From assembly GCA_964372085.1 (NCBI GenBank), contig CAYJPQ010000009.1:12415-76414 (forward strand): a stretch of 64,000 nucleotides of DNA, given 5' to 3'. A program made the translations under genes and the position numbers. Below, one piece after another: positions 55,106 through 64,000 of the stretch. The notes below the pieces were generated by a model. It made no database searches. It had not been told where the DNA came from and saw nothing but the letters and a program-made list of their open reading frames with translations. The stretch comes from an uncultured Bifidobacteriaceae bacterium (GTDB lineage Bacteria > Acidobacteriota > Vicinamibacteria > Vicinamibacterales > UBA2999). The number at the start of each line of letters is the position of its first letter. The first letter of the stretch is position 1.

Positions 55106-55180
55106 AGATTCCTCCAAAAGCAGCAGCGAACAATCCGCGTGAATCTTACTCCTGATTCCTGGCGCCGGAGGACGAACGGT

Positions 55181-55197
55181 TGTCACGTAATGTCACG
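55181..55197. promoter_or_regulatory. Direct repeat TGTCACG-TAA-TGTCACG (10-bp period) in a divergent intergenic region
   Basis: Read directly. It lies between the aminotransferase (minus) and 2TM protein (plus) starts. Confidence 0.25.
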
Positions 55198-55307
55198 CGA
55201 TCAGGTGAGGCCGAATTCCGCCCGATTCCAGGCCATCGGAACCGGGCGGGCGGCCTTACGTAGGATCAGGAAGAGCGCCCCGGACCGGGGCGCCGGAGGA
55301 GCTGGCC

Positions 55308-55529
55308 GTGAAGACGCTGAAGGCGCTGAAGTTCCTGGTGATGGGCCCGGTGATCCTGGTCTTCCTGTTCTTCGTGAACCTGTTCACGTCGCCCGGCGCG
55401 TGGTGGGTGCAGTGGGCCGCGCTCGGCATCGGCATTGCGTGGTTCATCAGCCTGCTGCGCGTGATCCGCGCCGTCATCATCGCCGGCGGTCTGGCCGCGT
55501 TTGGCGCCTACCTGCTCAACCGCAAGTAA
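55308..55529 (+). CDS. Small 2TM-domain membrane protein
   Basis: GGAGGA lies 7 nt before GTG 55308. Two TM helices. SPGAWWVQWAALGIGIAWF resembles the 2TM domain family. Confidence 0.6.
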   Translation: MKTLKALKFLVMGPVILVFLFFVNLFTSPGAWWVQWAALGIGIAWFISLLRVIRAVIIAGGLAAFGAYLLNRK

Positions 55530-55552
55530 AAAAGGGGACAGTCCCCTTTTTT
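55528..55552. terminator. Bidirectional Rho-independent terminator
   Basis: AAAAAA-GGGGACAGTCCCC-TTTTTT between the convergent 2TM gene and udk. Confidence 0.8.
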
Positions 55553-55559
55553 CGCCGTC

Positions 55560-56192
55560 CTAGCGGGCCGCGACGCTCCGAATCAGCGTGAGCAGCAGGT
55601 CCACAGCCACGGTGTTGTGGCCGCCGAGCGGAATGATGATGTCGGCGTACCGCTTGCTCGGCTCCACGAACTCCAGGTGCATCGGCTTGACGGTGGACTG
55701 GTACTGATCGATCACCGAATCCATGGTGCGGCCGCGCTGGGCCACGTCGCGCTGCAGCCGCCGGATGAAGCGCGTGTCGGAATCGGTGTCGACGAACACC
55801 TTGATGTCCATCTGGGCGCGCAGCGACAGGTCGGTGAAGATGAGGATGCCTTCCACGATGAGCGCGCGCCGCGGCTGGAACTGGTCGGTCTCGGCGAGGC
55901 GGGCATGGCGCGTGAAGTCGTACTGCGGCACCTGCACGGCGCGGCCGTCCTTCAGGTCGTGCACGTGGCGCACCATCAGGTCGGTTTCGAGCGCATCGGG
56001 ATGATCGTAGTTGAGCGCGGCCCGCTCCTCGAGCCGCAGGTCGTTGCGATCGCGATAGTAGCGATCGTGGTCGAGCACGGTCACCTGCTCGGGCCCGAGG
56101 CTGTCCATGATGCGCCGGACGACGGTGGTCTTGCCGGATCCCGAGCCCCCGGCCACGCCGATGACGATGGGCGAACGATGTGGATCACTCAC
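55560..56192 (-). CDS. udk: Uridine kinase
   Basis: P-loop GVAGGSGSGKTT and the typical Udk body (YDHPDA...DTRFIRRLQRD). Confidence 0.88.
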   Translation of the reverse strand: MSDPHRSPIVIGVAGGSGSGKTTVVRRIMDSLGPEQVTVLDHDRYYRDRNDLRLEERAALNYDHPDALETDLMVRHVHDLKDGRAVQVPQYDFTRHARLAETDQFQPRRALIVEGILIFTDLSLRAQMDIKVFVDTDSDTRFIRRLQRDVAQRGRTMDSVIDQYQSTVKPMHLEFVEPSKRYADIIIPLGGHNTVAVDLLLTLIRSVAAR

Positions 56193-58611
56193 AACGCAAC
56201 ACCTCGGCCGGGTCCACGGAGGCGGCCCGCCGTGCCGGCACCACGCAGGCGAGCGCGGCCACGCCCAGCATCACCACCGGCGGCACCGCGTACGCCCTGG
56301 CGTCGAGGGGCGTGATGCCGAACAGCAGGCTCTCGATGAGGCGCGCCAGGCCGGCGGCGGCGGCCAGGCCGGCCACGAGGCCCACCGCGACCGTGCCAAG
56401 GCCCTCCCGCAGAATGAGGCCCACCAACTGCCGGCGGCTCGCCCCCATCGCCGTGCGCACGCCCATCTCGCGCCGCCGCTGGGCCACGCCGTACGACAGT
56501 ACGCCGTACAGGCCGATGGCGGAGAGCAGCACCGCTGTCACGGCAAACGCCCCAAGCACCGAGGCGAGGAAGCGCGGCTGGGCGACCGACGCCGACACCC
56601 TGGCGTCGAGCGTCGTCACCCCGTCGAGGGCAGCGCGCGGCTCGACCTCCAGCACCACGCGGCGCAAGTCGGCCGACAACGCGGTGGGATCGCCACTGGT
56701 CCGGATGGCCAGGTGCATCTGCCGGCTGAACGACGCCGCCATGGCCCGGGCCGGCGCGTACACTTCGGGCTCCGGCCGTGTGTCCAACCCGTCCTTCAGG
56801 GTATTGCCGACAACGCCCACGACCTCGGCGAGGGTGCCCTTCTCGCTGAACACGCCCTCGTACTGCCGGCCGACGACGGGCCGGCCGTCGGTCCAGTAGC
56901 GGCGCACGAACTCCTCGTTGACGATCACGGCCCGCGTGGGCGAGGTCGCGTCGACCGCCGTGAAGGACCGGCCCGCCCGCACTCGCAACCCGAGCGCCTC
57001 GGCGTAGCCGTGCGACACGGTCCACGCGAGGGCTCGCGCGGTGATGCGCTCGCCGTCGGGGCCAATCTCGGGCAGGGTCAACATTTGGATGGCCGACGTC
57101 GGCGCCAGCGGCGCCATGTTGCCGGCGCCTGCCGCCACGACGCCGGGCAGCGTCTGCAGGCGTGACAGGATCGACTCGGCCACGACGGAGTTCGACGCGT
57201 CGCCGGCCGCTACGGGCGGCAGCAGCACTTGGGCCATCAAGACCTTGTCGGCGTTGTAGCCGGGATCCACGCCGGCGAGCGCCACGAAGCTACGCGCGAG
57301 CAGCCCCGTCCCCACGAGCAGCAGCACCGCGAGCGCCGCCTCGGCGACGAGGAGGCCGCGACGGAGGCGCCGGGCCACCGAGCCGGTGCTGCGCACGTCA
57401 CCGTCGGCCATCGCCGAGGCCAGGCCGGTACGGGCACCGCGAAACGCCGGCAGCGCGCCCGACAGGAGTCCCGTGAGGAGCGACACCACGACGCCGAACA
57501 TCAGGGCCGGGCCATCCAGCCGGATCTCGGTGAGCCGAGGGAGCGAGGCGGGCGCCACGGCGGGCAGCGCCTCGACCAGCAGCCAGGCCAGCCACACCCC
57601 CAGCGCGCCGCCGGCCGCCGAGAGCAGCAGGCTCTCGGTCAGCAGTTGCCGGAAGAGGCGGGCCCGGCCGGCGCCGAGGGCCGCGCGCACCGCCAGCTCG
57701 CGCTGCCGCGCCACACCGCGCGACAGGAAGAGGTTGGCCACGTTGGCGCAGGCGACGAGCAGGACGAAGCCCACCCCGGCGGCGAGCACGAGCAGCGCCG
57801 GCCGGACGCGGCTGGTCATCTGGTCCACGTAGCCGGCCACACGCACCTCCACTGGACCACCCTCGCCAAACAACAGCTGGGCGGCGGGTGGCCTCGCCAC
57901 CGTGCGAGCGGCCGCGGTCCCTTCCGCCGCGGCCTGCGCGGGCGACACCCCGCCGGCGAGGCGGCCGATCGCCGCCAGCACGCGCATGCGTCCGGCGGCG
58001 GGCGTGGCCAGCGTTTGCGGCCGCCAGAACTGGATGTCCGGCGACGGAAACGAAAACCCCGGCGGGGCGACGCCGACAATCTGGAAGGGCTGCCCGTCCA
58101 CCCACAGCGCCTCCCCGACGGCATCGGCGCGGCCCCCAAACCGGTCGCGCCACACCTTGTCGCTGAGCACCACGACGTCGCCGACGCCCTCGACGGCCTC
58201 GCGCTCCTCGAAGAAGCGGCCTGCCGCGGGCGCCACCCTCAGCACCGAAAAGAGGGAGGGCGACACCACGCCGGCGCGCCACCGCTCCGGCTCCGAGCGC
58301 CCCACGGTGTCGACGGAGCCGGAGAACGTGGCCACCCCGGCCAGCGTCCGCATGGAGGGCTGCCAGGCGGCCAGGGTCAGGTCGCTGGCCCAGTTCTGGC
58401 CCAACGCGGAGCGGCCGCCCGGATGCTCTTCGTAGATGCGGACCAGTTGCTCAGGGTGGGCGTACGGCAGGGGGCGGAGCAGCACACCGTAGACGACCGA
58501 GAAGATGGCCGATGTCGCGCCGATGCCGAGCGCCAGGGTCAGGAGCGTCGTCACCGTGAAGGCGGGCTGGCGCGCGAGCGATCGGATGGCGTGACGGAGG
58601 TCAGACCACAT
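56185..58611 (-). CDS. ADOP-family duplicated FtsX/MacB-like permease
   Basis: MWSDLRHAIRSLARQPAFTVTTLLTLALGIGATSAIFSVV N-terminus. Two MacB-periplasmic plus FtsX halves. Ends VDPAEVLRCE. Start at ATG 58611. Confidence 0.85.
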   Translation of the reverse strand: MWSDLRHAIRSLARQPAFTVTTLLTLALGIGATSAIFSVVYGVLLRPLPYAHPEQLVRIYEEHPGGRSALGQNWASDLTLAAWQPSMRTLAGVATFSGSVDTVGRSEPERWRAGVVSPSLFSVLRVAPAAGRFFEEREAVEGVGDVVVLSDKVWRDRFGGRADAVGEALWVDGQPFQIVGVAPPGFSFPSPDIQFWRPQTLATPAAGRMRVLAAIGRLAGGVSPAQAAAEGTAAARTVARPPAAQLLFGEGGPVEVRVAGYVDQMTSRVRPALLVLAAGVGFVLLVACANVANLFLSRGVARQRELAVRAALGAGRARLFRQLLTESLLLSAAGGALGVWLAWLLVEALPAVAPASLPRLTEIRLDGPALMFGVVVSLLTGLLSGALPAFRGARTGLASAMADGDVRSTGSVARRLRRGLLVAEAALAVLLLVGTGLLARSFVALAGVDPGYNADKVLMAQVLLPPVAAGDASNSVVAESILSRLQTLPGVVAAGAGNMAPLAPTSAIQMLTLPEIGPDGERITARALAWTVSHGYAEALGLRVRAGRSFTAVDATSPTRAVIVNEEFVRRYWTDGRPVVGRQYEGVFSEKGTLAEVVGVVGNTLKDGLDTRPEPEVYAPARAMAASFSRQMHLAIRTSGDPTALSADLRRVVLEVEPRAALDGVTTLDARVSASVAQPRFLASVLGAFAVTAVLLSAIGLYGVLSYGVAQRRREMGVRTAMGASRRQLVGLILREGLGTVAVGLVAGLAAAAGLARLIESLLFGITPLDARAYAVPPVVMLGVAALACVVPARRAASVDPAEVLRCE

Positions 58612-58763
58612 GCCCGCCAGTATAGCGGGGCCTACTTCTATTTCTTGGGCGGGAACAGCTTCAAGAGCGCCTCGTCCGCCTTCGCGCCCGCGGCGCGACG
58701 GCGGGGCAGCCTTCATGGCCTGCCGAGCCGAAGCTCGCGCGTCCGTGGCACGCGAGCGAAGGC

Positions 58764-58850
58764 TGGTGCGGAAGAGAGGACTCGAACCTCCACCCGGTTG
58801 CCCGGACTAGCTCCTGAGGCTAGCGCGTCTGCCAATTCCGCCACTCCCGC
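58764..58850 (-). tRNA. tRNA-Leu (anticodon CAG), type II with long variable arm, CCA encoded
   Basis: Manual fold: acceptor GCGGGAG/CTTCCGC, anticodon stem CTAGC/GCTAG with loop CTCAGGA, T-loop GGTTCGAGTCC, 3' ACCA. Confidence 0.9.
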
Positions 58851-58891
58851 ACAGAAGTGATGTCGCCGCCGGCAGTGAACGACCAGTATAC

Positions 58892-59809
58892 CTAGCGCTC
58901 GGCCGCGAAGGCAAACCGGCCCCGCTTGAGGGCGCTTTGCGCTTCCACCACCCGCAGCAGCGCCTCGCCCGCGTGCGAGAGCGTGCCCTCGCGCCGGTGG
59001 ACGATCCGGAGCTTGCGGTCGAACGACAGCTCGGGCACCTGCACGCGCACCAGCTCGCGCCGCGCCAGTTCCCCTTCCACCGTGATGGCCGGCAGCAGCG
59101 CCACGCCGTTCCCCATGGCCACGAACTTCTTGATGGCGTCGATGGTGGGCATCTCCACGGGCATGCGCAGCTCGACGCGCTTCTTGCGGAAGGTGTCGAG
59201 CACCTTCTGGCGGTAGGGCGACGACACATGGTGGGCCACAAACGATTCGCGCGCCAGCTCCGTAATCGCCACCTTGGCGCGTCGCGCCAGGGCGTGCGTG
59301 GGCGGCACGACGAACGCCAGCTCGTCGTGGTAGACGACGATCGACTGCAGCGCCTCGGTGTCGGGGCGGAAGGTCACCATGCCGAAGTCGGCGCCGTAGT
59401 CCAGCACCTGCGCGGGCACGCGGCTGCCGAGCGCGCGCTGCACGGTGATGTGCACCTCCGGATAGAGCCGGCGGTACTCGTGGAGGATGGGCAGCAGGTA
59501 GAGGCACGTCAGCTCATTGGCTGCCACCGTGAGCCGCCCCGTGCGCAGCTGCCGCACGTCGTCGAGCGCCGCCAGCGCGCGCTGGCGCAGGTTGACCAGG
59601 CGCTCAGCGTGGTCGGCCAGCACGCGGCCCGTGTCGGTGAGCACGCCGCGCCGGCTCGATCGATCGAACAGCGGGCGGCCAATCTCGTCCTCGAGCTTCT
59701 TGATCGTCTGGCTGATGGCCGGCTGCGTGCGATACAGCGCCTTGGCCGCCGCGGAGAAGCTGCCCTCGCGAACCACGGCCAGAAAGGCCTCGAGCTGAAA
59801 GAGTTCCAT
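58892..59809 (-). CDS. LysR-family transcriptional regulator, divergent from the leu operon
   Basis: N-terminal wHTH ([32 protein letters not shown]) plus a LysR substrate-binding fold. Confidence 0.88.
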   Translation of the reverse strand: MELFQLEAFLAVVREGSFSAAAKALYRTQPAISQTIKKLEDEIGRPLFDRSSRRGVLTDTGRVLADHAERLVNLRQRALAALDDVRQLRTGRLTVAANELTCLYLLPILHEYRRLYPEVHITVQRALGSRVPAQVLDYGADFGMVTFRPDTEALQSIVVYHDELAFVVPPTHALARRAKVAITELARESFVAHHVSSPYRQKVLDTFRKKRVELRMPVEMPTIDAIKKFVAMGNGVALLPAITVEGELARRELVRVQVPELSFDRKLRIVHRREGTLSHAGEALLRVVEAQSALKRGRFAFAAER

Positions 59810-59934
59810 CGACGGGTGATTCCTCCCTGGGTTGGTGTCGACATACTATAAGACAAATCGGCATCGACCATAGATATTATTACTTTGACTTATTTTGGTC
59901 GCAAGCCCGACACTTGTGGTCGAGCTTACGGCCC

Positions 59935-61146
59935 ATGGACCAGAGATCCCGCGTTCACGTGTTCGACACGACCCTCCGCGATGGCGAGCAGGCTCCGGGG
60001 TTCAGCATGACACCCCAGGAGAAGCTGCGGCTGGCGCAGCAACTCGAACGGCTGGGCGTGGACATCATCGAGGCCGGCTTCCCCATCTCGTCGGACGGCG
60101 ATTTCGAGGCGGTGCGGGCCATTGCGCAGGCGGTGCGGCGGCCAGGCATCGCGGGGCTGGCCCGCGCGACGCGGCTCGACATCGACCGCGCATGGGCGGC
60201 GCTCGCGGGCGCGGCCCGGCCGCGCATTCACGTGTTCCTGGCCACGTCAGACATCCATCTCGAGTTCAAGCTGCGCATCGACCGCGCCACCTGCCTGGCG
60301 CAGGTGCGCGACTCGGTGTCGTACGCCCGCTCCTTCTGCGCCGACGTGGAGTTCTCGGCCGAGGACGCCACGCGCAGCGACCTGTCGTTCCTGTGCGAGG
60401 TGGCCGACGCCGCCGTCGAGGCGGGCGCCACCACGTTGAACCTGCCCGACACCGTCGGGTACGCGCTGCCCGCCGACATCCACCGGATGTTCACCACCGT
60501 CGGCGCCCGCGTGGGCGATCGCGCCGTGCTGTCGGCGCACTGCCATAACGACCTGGGCATGGCCGTGGCCAACTCGATCGCGGCCGTGCAGGCCGGGGCC
60601 CGCCAGGTGGAATGCACCATCAACGGCATCGGCGAGCGCGCGGGCAACGCCTCGCTCGAGGAGATCGTGATGGCGCTCGAGGTGCGGGGCGACGCCCTGC
60701 CCTACCGCACGGGCATTCACACGCCCGCCCTGATGCCCACCAGCGGCACCCTCTCGGCCATCGTCGGCGTCTCGGTGCCGCCGAACAAGGCCATCGTCGG
60801 CGCCAATGCGTTCGCGCACGAGGCCGGCATCCACCAGGACGGCATGCTCAAGCACGAATTGACCTACGAAATCATGCGGCCCGAGTCGGTGGGCGCGCCG
60901 GGCACGCGCCTGGTGCTCGGCAAGCACTCGGGCATGCGGGGCCTTGATGCCCGGTGCCGGGCCCTCGGCCACCGGCTGCGCCAACCCGAGCTGGAACGCC
61001 TCTACGCGAAGGTGACGGCGCTCGCCGACCGCACCAAGTCGGTGGAGGATGAGCAGCTGTCGGCCATCATCCGCGACGAGCTGGCGGCGAGCCTGGCGCT
61101 GGGCGCCGCGGCGGCCCCTCGCCGGGGAGATGCGACATGCCACTGA
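59935..61146 (+). CDS. leuA: 2-isopropylmalate synthase-family enzyme, short form lacking the C-terminal regulatory domain
   Basis: [17 protein letters not shown]...[20 protein letters not shown] motifs; about 403 aa. ATG 59935 is preferred over the TTG at 59914. Homocitrate or citramalate synthase activity cannot be excluded. Confidence 0.75.
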   Translation: MDQRSRVHVFDTTLRDGEQAPGFSMTPQEKLRLAQQLERLGVDIIEAGFPISSDGDFEAVRAIAQAVRRPGIAGLARATRLDIDRAWAALAGAARPRIHVFLATSDIHLEFKLRIDRATCLAQVRDSVSYARSFCADVEFSAEDATRSDLSFLCEVADAAVEAGATTLNLPDTVGYALPADIHRMFTTVGARVGDRAVLSAHCHNDLGMAVANSIAAVQAGARQVECTINGIGERAGNASLEEIVMALEVRGDALPYRTGIHTPALMPTSGTLSAIVGVSVPPNKAIVGANAFAHEAGIHQDGMLKHELTYEIMRPESVGAPGTRLVLGKHSGMRGLDARCRALGHRLRQPELERLYAKVTALADRTKSVEDEQLSAIIRDELAASLALGAAAAPRRGDATCH

Positions 61147-62240
61147 AGATCGCCCTGCTGCCGGGCGACGGCATCGGCCCGGAGGTGACGGCGGAGGCCG
61201 TGCGCGTCCTCAAGACCGTCGGCGAGCACGCGGGCCGGAGCTTCTCGTTCACCACGCACGCGATCGGCAGCGCCGCGATCGACGCAGAGGGCAAGGGCCT
61301 GCCCGACGCGACGCTCGAGGCGTGCCTGGGATCGAAGGCCGTGTTGCTGGGCGCCGTGGGGCACCCCAAGCACGACACGCGGGCGGCGGCCGAGCGCCCC
61401 GAAGCGGCGCTGCTCGCGCTGCGGCAGGCACTGGGCGGGTTTGCCAATCTGCGCCCCGCCATCTGCTATGCGCCGCTCGCCAAGCGCACGGCGTTTCAGC
61501 CCGATCGCGTGAAGGGCGCCAACCTGCTGATCATCCGCGAGCTGCTGGGCGGCCTGTACTACGGCGAGCCCCGCGGGTACAAGGCCGATGGCCAGACGGC
61601 CTTCAACACGCTGATCTACTCGCGGGCCGAGGTGGAGCGCGTGGCGCGCGTGGCCTTCGAGCGCGCGCGGCAGCGCCGCGGCAGGCTCACGTCGGTGGAC
61701 AAGGCCAACGTGCTCGAGACCTCGCGCCTCTGGCGCGCGGTCGTCTCGGAACTCGGCCAGCAGGAGTTCCCCGACGTCGCGCTCGATCACGTGTACATCG
61801 ACACCATGGCGATGCGCCTGGCCACCACGCCGGCGGCGTTCGACGTCATCCTGGCCGACAACCTGTTCGGCGACATCCTGAGCGACCAGGCCGCCTCCAT
61901 CGCGGGTTCGCTCGGCCTGCTCCCGTCGGCCACCCTCGGCGGGCGCGTGGATCTCTACGAGCCCGTGCACGGATCGGCGCCCGACATTGCCGGCAAGGGC
62001 TGGGCCAATCCCATTGGCGCCATCGGCAGCGCCGCGATGCTGCTGCGCTTCAGCGCCGGGATGGAACGCGAGGCCACCGACATCGAGCACGCCATCGAAG
62101 AGGCGCTGGCGGCCGGCGCCCGCACCCGCGACCTGGCCGGCCCGGGCGAGCGCGTGCTCTCCACCCAGGAAATGGGCCAGGCCGTCCTCGACGCCCTCGC
62201 CGACGTGCGCGATCGGCGGCACGCCTACCATGCCGTCTAG
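61137..62240 (+). CDS. leuB: 3-isopropylmalate dehydrogenase
   Basis: [14 protein letters not shown]...NLFGDILSD...[10 protein letters not shown] motifs. Confidence 0.9.
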   Translation: MPLKIALLPGDGIGPEVTAEAVRVLKTVGEHAGRSFSFTTHAIGSAAIDAEGKGLPDATLEACLGSKAVLLGAVGHPKHDTRAAAERPEAALLALRQALGGFANLRPAICYAPLAKRTAFQPDRVKGANLLIIRELLGGLYYGEPRGYKADGQTAFNTLIYSRAEVERVARVAFERARQRRGRLTSVDKANVLETSRLWRAVVSELGQQEFPDVALDHVYIDTMAMRLATTPAAFDVILADNLFGDILSDQAASIAGSLGLLPSATLGGRVDLYEPVHGSAPDIAGKGWANPIGAIGSAAMLLRFSAGMEREATDIEHAIEEALAAGARTRDLAGPGERVLSTQEMGQAVLDALADVRDRRHAYHAV

Positions 62241-63651
62241 CGCCACGCCCCGCACGCTCCTGGACAAAGTCTGGGACGCGCACGTAGTGCGCGTGCTCGA
62301 CGATGGGCGGAGCCTGCTCTACATCGATCGGCACCTGGTGCATGAGGTCACCTCGCCGCAGGCCTTCGAGGGACTGCGCCTGGCCGGCCGGCCGGTGCGC
62401 CGGCCCGACCTGACCTTCGCGACGGTGGACCACAACGTGCCCACCGCGGACCGCCACCTGCCCATCGCCGACCCGCTGGCCAGCGCGCAGGTGGAGGCGC
62501 TGCGCGCCAATGCGAAGGCGTTTGGCATTCCCCTGTTCGACTTCGGCAGCGGCCGCCAGGGCATCGTCCACGTGATTGGCCCCGAGCTGGGGGTGACGCT
62601 GCCGGGCACCACCATCGTGTGCGGCGACAGCCACACCACCACGCACGGCGCGTTTGGCGCGCTGGCCTTCGGCATCGGCACCACAGAGGTGGAGCACGTG
62701 CTGGCCACGCAGTGCCTGGTGCAGCAGAAACCCAAGGCGATGCGCGTGTGGCTCACGGGCCAGCTGGCCCCGGGCGTCACGGCGAAAGACGTCGCGCTCG
62801 AGGTGGTCGCCCGCCTCGGCTTCAGCGGCGGCACGGGCTACGCGCTCGAGATGGCGGGCCCCCTGGCCACATCGTTCACGATGGACGAGCGCATGACGCT
62901 CTGCAACATGAGCATCGAGGCCGGCGCGCGCATGGCGCTGGTGGCGCCCGACCAGACGACATTTGCCTTTCTCGAGGGCCGCCCGCACGCGCCACAGGGC
63001 GACGAGTGGACGGCGGCCGTCGCGCGATGGACCGCGCTCTCCAGCGATCCCGGCGCACGGTTCGACGCGCAGGTGGACCTCGACGTGTCGGCGCTTGCGC
63101 CGCTGGTCACCTGGGGCACGCGCCCTGATATGTCGCTGCCGGTGACGGGCCGCGTGCCCGACCCGGCCGCCGCGACCTCCAACGGCGACGCCCGCGCCAT
63201 GGAGCGCGCCCTCGCCTACATGGGTCTCACGCCGGGCACCGCCATCGAAGCGGTGCCGGTGGATCGCGTGTTCATCGGCTCGTGCACCAACGCGCGCCTG
63301 GCCGACCTGCGCGCCGCCGCCCGCGTGGCCCGCGGCCACCGGGTGCACGCCGGCGTGCGCGCCATGGTGGTGCCCGGCTCGCAGCAGGTGAAGGCCGACG
63401 CCGAGCGCGAGGGGCTGGACCGCGTCTTTGCCGACGCGGGCTTCGAGTGGCGCGAGCCCGGCTGCTCGATGTGCCTGGGCATGAACGACGACGTGCTGGG
63501 CGAGGGCGAGCGGTGCGCCTCCACCAGCAATCGCAACTTCGAGGGCCGGCAGGGTCGCGGGGGCCGCACCCATCTGGTGAGCCCGGCCATGGCCGCCGCC
63601 GCCGCCATCGAGGGGCACTTCACCGACGTGCGCCGCTGGGAGTACCGCTGA
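62230..63651 (+). CDS. leuC: 3-isopropylmalate dehydratase large subunit
   Basis: [10 protein letters not shown]...[14 protein letters not shown]...CGDSHT...GSCTNAR...[11 protein letters not shown] 62230 overlaps the leuB end. Confidence 0.9.
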   Translation: MPSSATPRTLLDKVWDAHVVRVLDDGRSLLYIDRHLVHEVTSPQAFEGLRLAGRPVRRPDLTFATVDHNVPTADRHLPIADPLASAQVEALRANAKAFGIPLFDFGSGRQGIVHVIGPELGVTLPGTTIVCGDSHTTTHGAFGALAFGIGTTEVEHVLATQCLVQQKPKAMRVWLTGQLAPGVTAKDVALEVVARLGFSGGTGYALEMAGPLATSFTMDERMTLCNMSIEAGARMALVAPDQTTFAFLEGRPHAPQGDEWTAAVARWTALSSDPGARFDAQVDLDVSALAPLVTWGTRPDMSLPVTGRVPDPAAATSNGDARAMERALAYMGLTPGTAIEAVPVDRVFIGSCTNARLADLRAAARVARGHRVHAGVRAMVVPGSQQVKADAEREGLDRVFADAGFEWREPGCSMCLGMNDDVLGEGERCASTSNRNFEGRQGRGGRTHLVSPAMAAAAAIEGHFTDVRRWEYR

Positions 63652-64000
63652 TGGCCGCCGGCAGCCGCGAACCGTTCCGCGTGCATCGGGGCCGCGTGGC
63701 GCCGCTCCGGCGCAACCACGTCGACACCGATCAGATCATCCCGAAGCAGTTCCTCAAGCGCATCGAACGCACGGGGTTCGGGCCGTTCCTCTTTTACGAC
63801 TGGCGCCGGGGCGCCGACGGGCAGCTCGACCCGGCGTTCGTGCTGAACCAGCCCCGGTACGCGGGCGCCAGCGTCCTGGTGGCGGGCCCCAACTTCGGGT
63901 GCGGGTCGTCGCGGGAGCATGCCGCGTGGGCCCTGGCCGACGCCGGCTTCCGCGTGGTGGTCGCCCCATCGTTTGCGGACATCTTCCGCGGCAACGCCAT
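63651..64000 (+). CDS. leuD: 3-isopropylmalate dehydratase small subunit (3' end cut by window edge)
   Basis: The ATG overlaps the leuC TGA (TGATG). Translation reads ...[22 protein letters not shown]...[17 protein letters not shown]. Not in the ORF track because no stop lies within the window. Confidence 0.85.
   Translation, partial: MAAGSREPFRVHRGRVAPLRRNHVDTDQIIPKQFLKRIERTGFGPFLFYDWRRGADGQLDPAFVLNQPRYAGASVLVAGPNFGCGSSREHAAWALADAGFRVVVAPSFADIFRGNA

Noticed and set aside
58725-58760. Hairpin GCTCGCG...CGCGAGC just downstream of the tRNA, considered as a terminator
   Set aside because: The stem is only 7 bp and there is no clear U-tract on the minus strand, so the evidence is too weak to annotate.
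58764-58891. tRNA-Leu as a possible integration hotspot or genomic-island border
   Set aside because: No integrase, direct repeat of the tRNA 3' end, or compositionally distinct block is visible on either side. The flanking genes are ordinary (an ADOP permease, and the LysR regulator with the leu operon).

Overview
The window is very GC-rich and gene-dense. It is probably Acidobacteriota. That assignment is an inference from an ADOP-type duplicated FtsX permease, a vWFA domain of the type common in Acidobacteria, and two CarboxypepD_reg plus TonB-dependent-receptor-like outer-membrane proteins. I see no transposase, integrase, phage genes, CRISPR array or recognisable defence system.

Most of the window is core chromosome:
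- A long minus-strand run (23315 down to 10827) holds nucleoside salvage genes (deoA, nupC, PNP, cdd), then mtnA, tsaD, a Nudix hydrolase, an HD hydrolase, a doubled ABC-2 exporter and a gamma-glutamylcyclotransferase.
- A cell-shape operon reads GGDEF-mreB-mreC-mreD-mrdA-rodA-rng.
- Envelope and proteolysis genes include a PpiD-like chaperone, SppA, a BNR/sortilin-like protein, a DPP-IV-like S9 peptidase, an S8 peptidase and an S1 peptidase.
- The right end holds udk, tRNA-Leu(CAG), a LysR regulator and leuABCD.

The two most interesting items are:
1. A four-gene block at 23347-30589 is a tandemly duplicated pair of a large HEAT-repeat protein and an HD-GYP phosphodiesterase. All four products start with the same module of about 100 aa carrying the motif LY[PA][PA]xHP. 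This is my best candidate for an undescribed system.
2. A family of short tandem-repeat arrays (7- to 13-bp units) fills intergenic gaps inside operons. The arrays often occur as inverted arms around a GGTAC-containing centre. The same 13-mer (GGTTCCWCACGRR) appears at two loci 27 kb apart. Two other loci carry telomere-like, G-quadruplex-capable CTTGGGG/CTTAGGG runs.

Other oddities are a 100-bp tandem duplication spanning a stop codon and the next start codon, a pseudo-receiver ORF overlapping a PilZ gene, a Tat-signal aminotransferase and an ATL-type (Cys to Tyr) alkyltransferase-like protein.

Many very long antisense ORFs in the track are GC artefacts. Functions are inferred from motifs read by eye. 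No database search was run.
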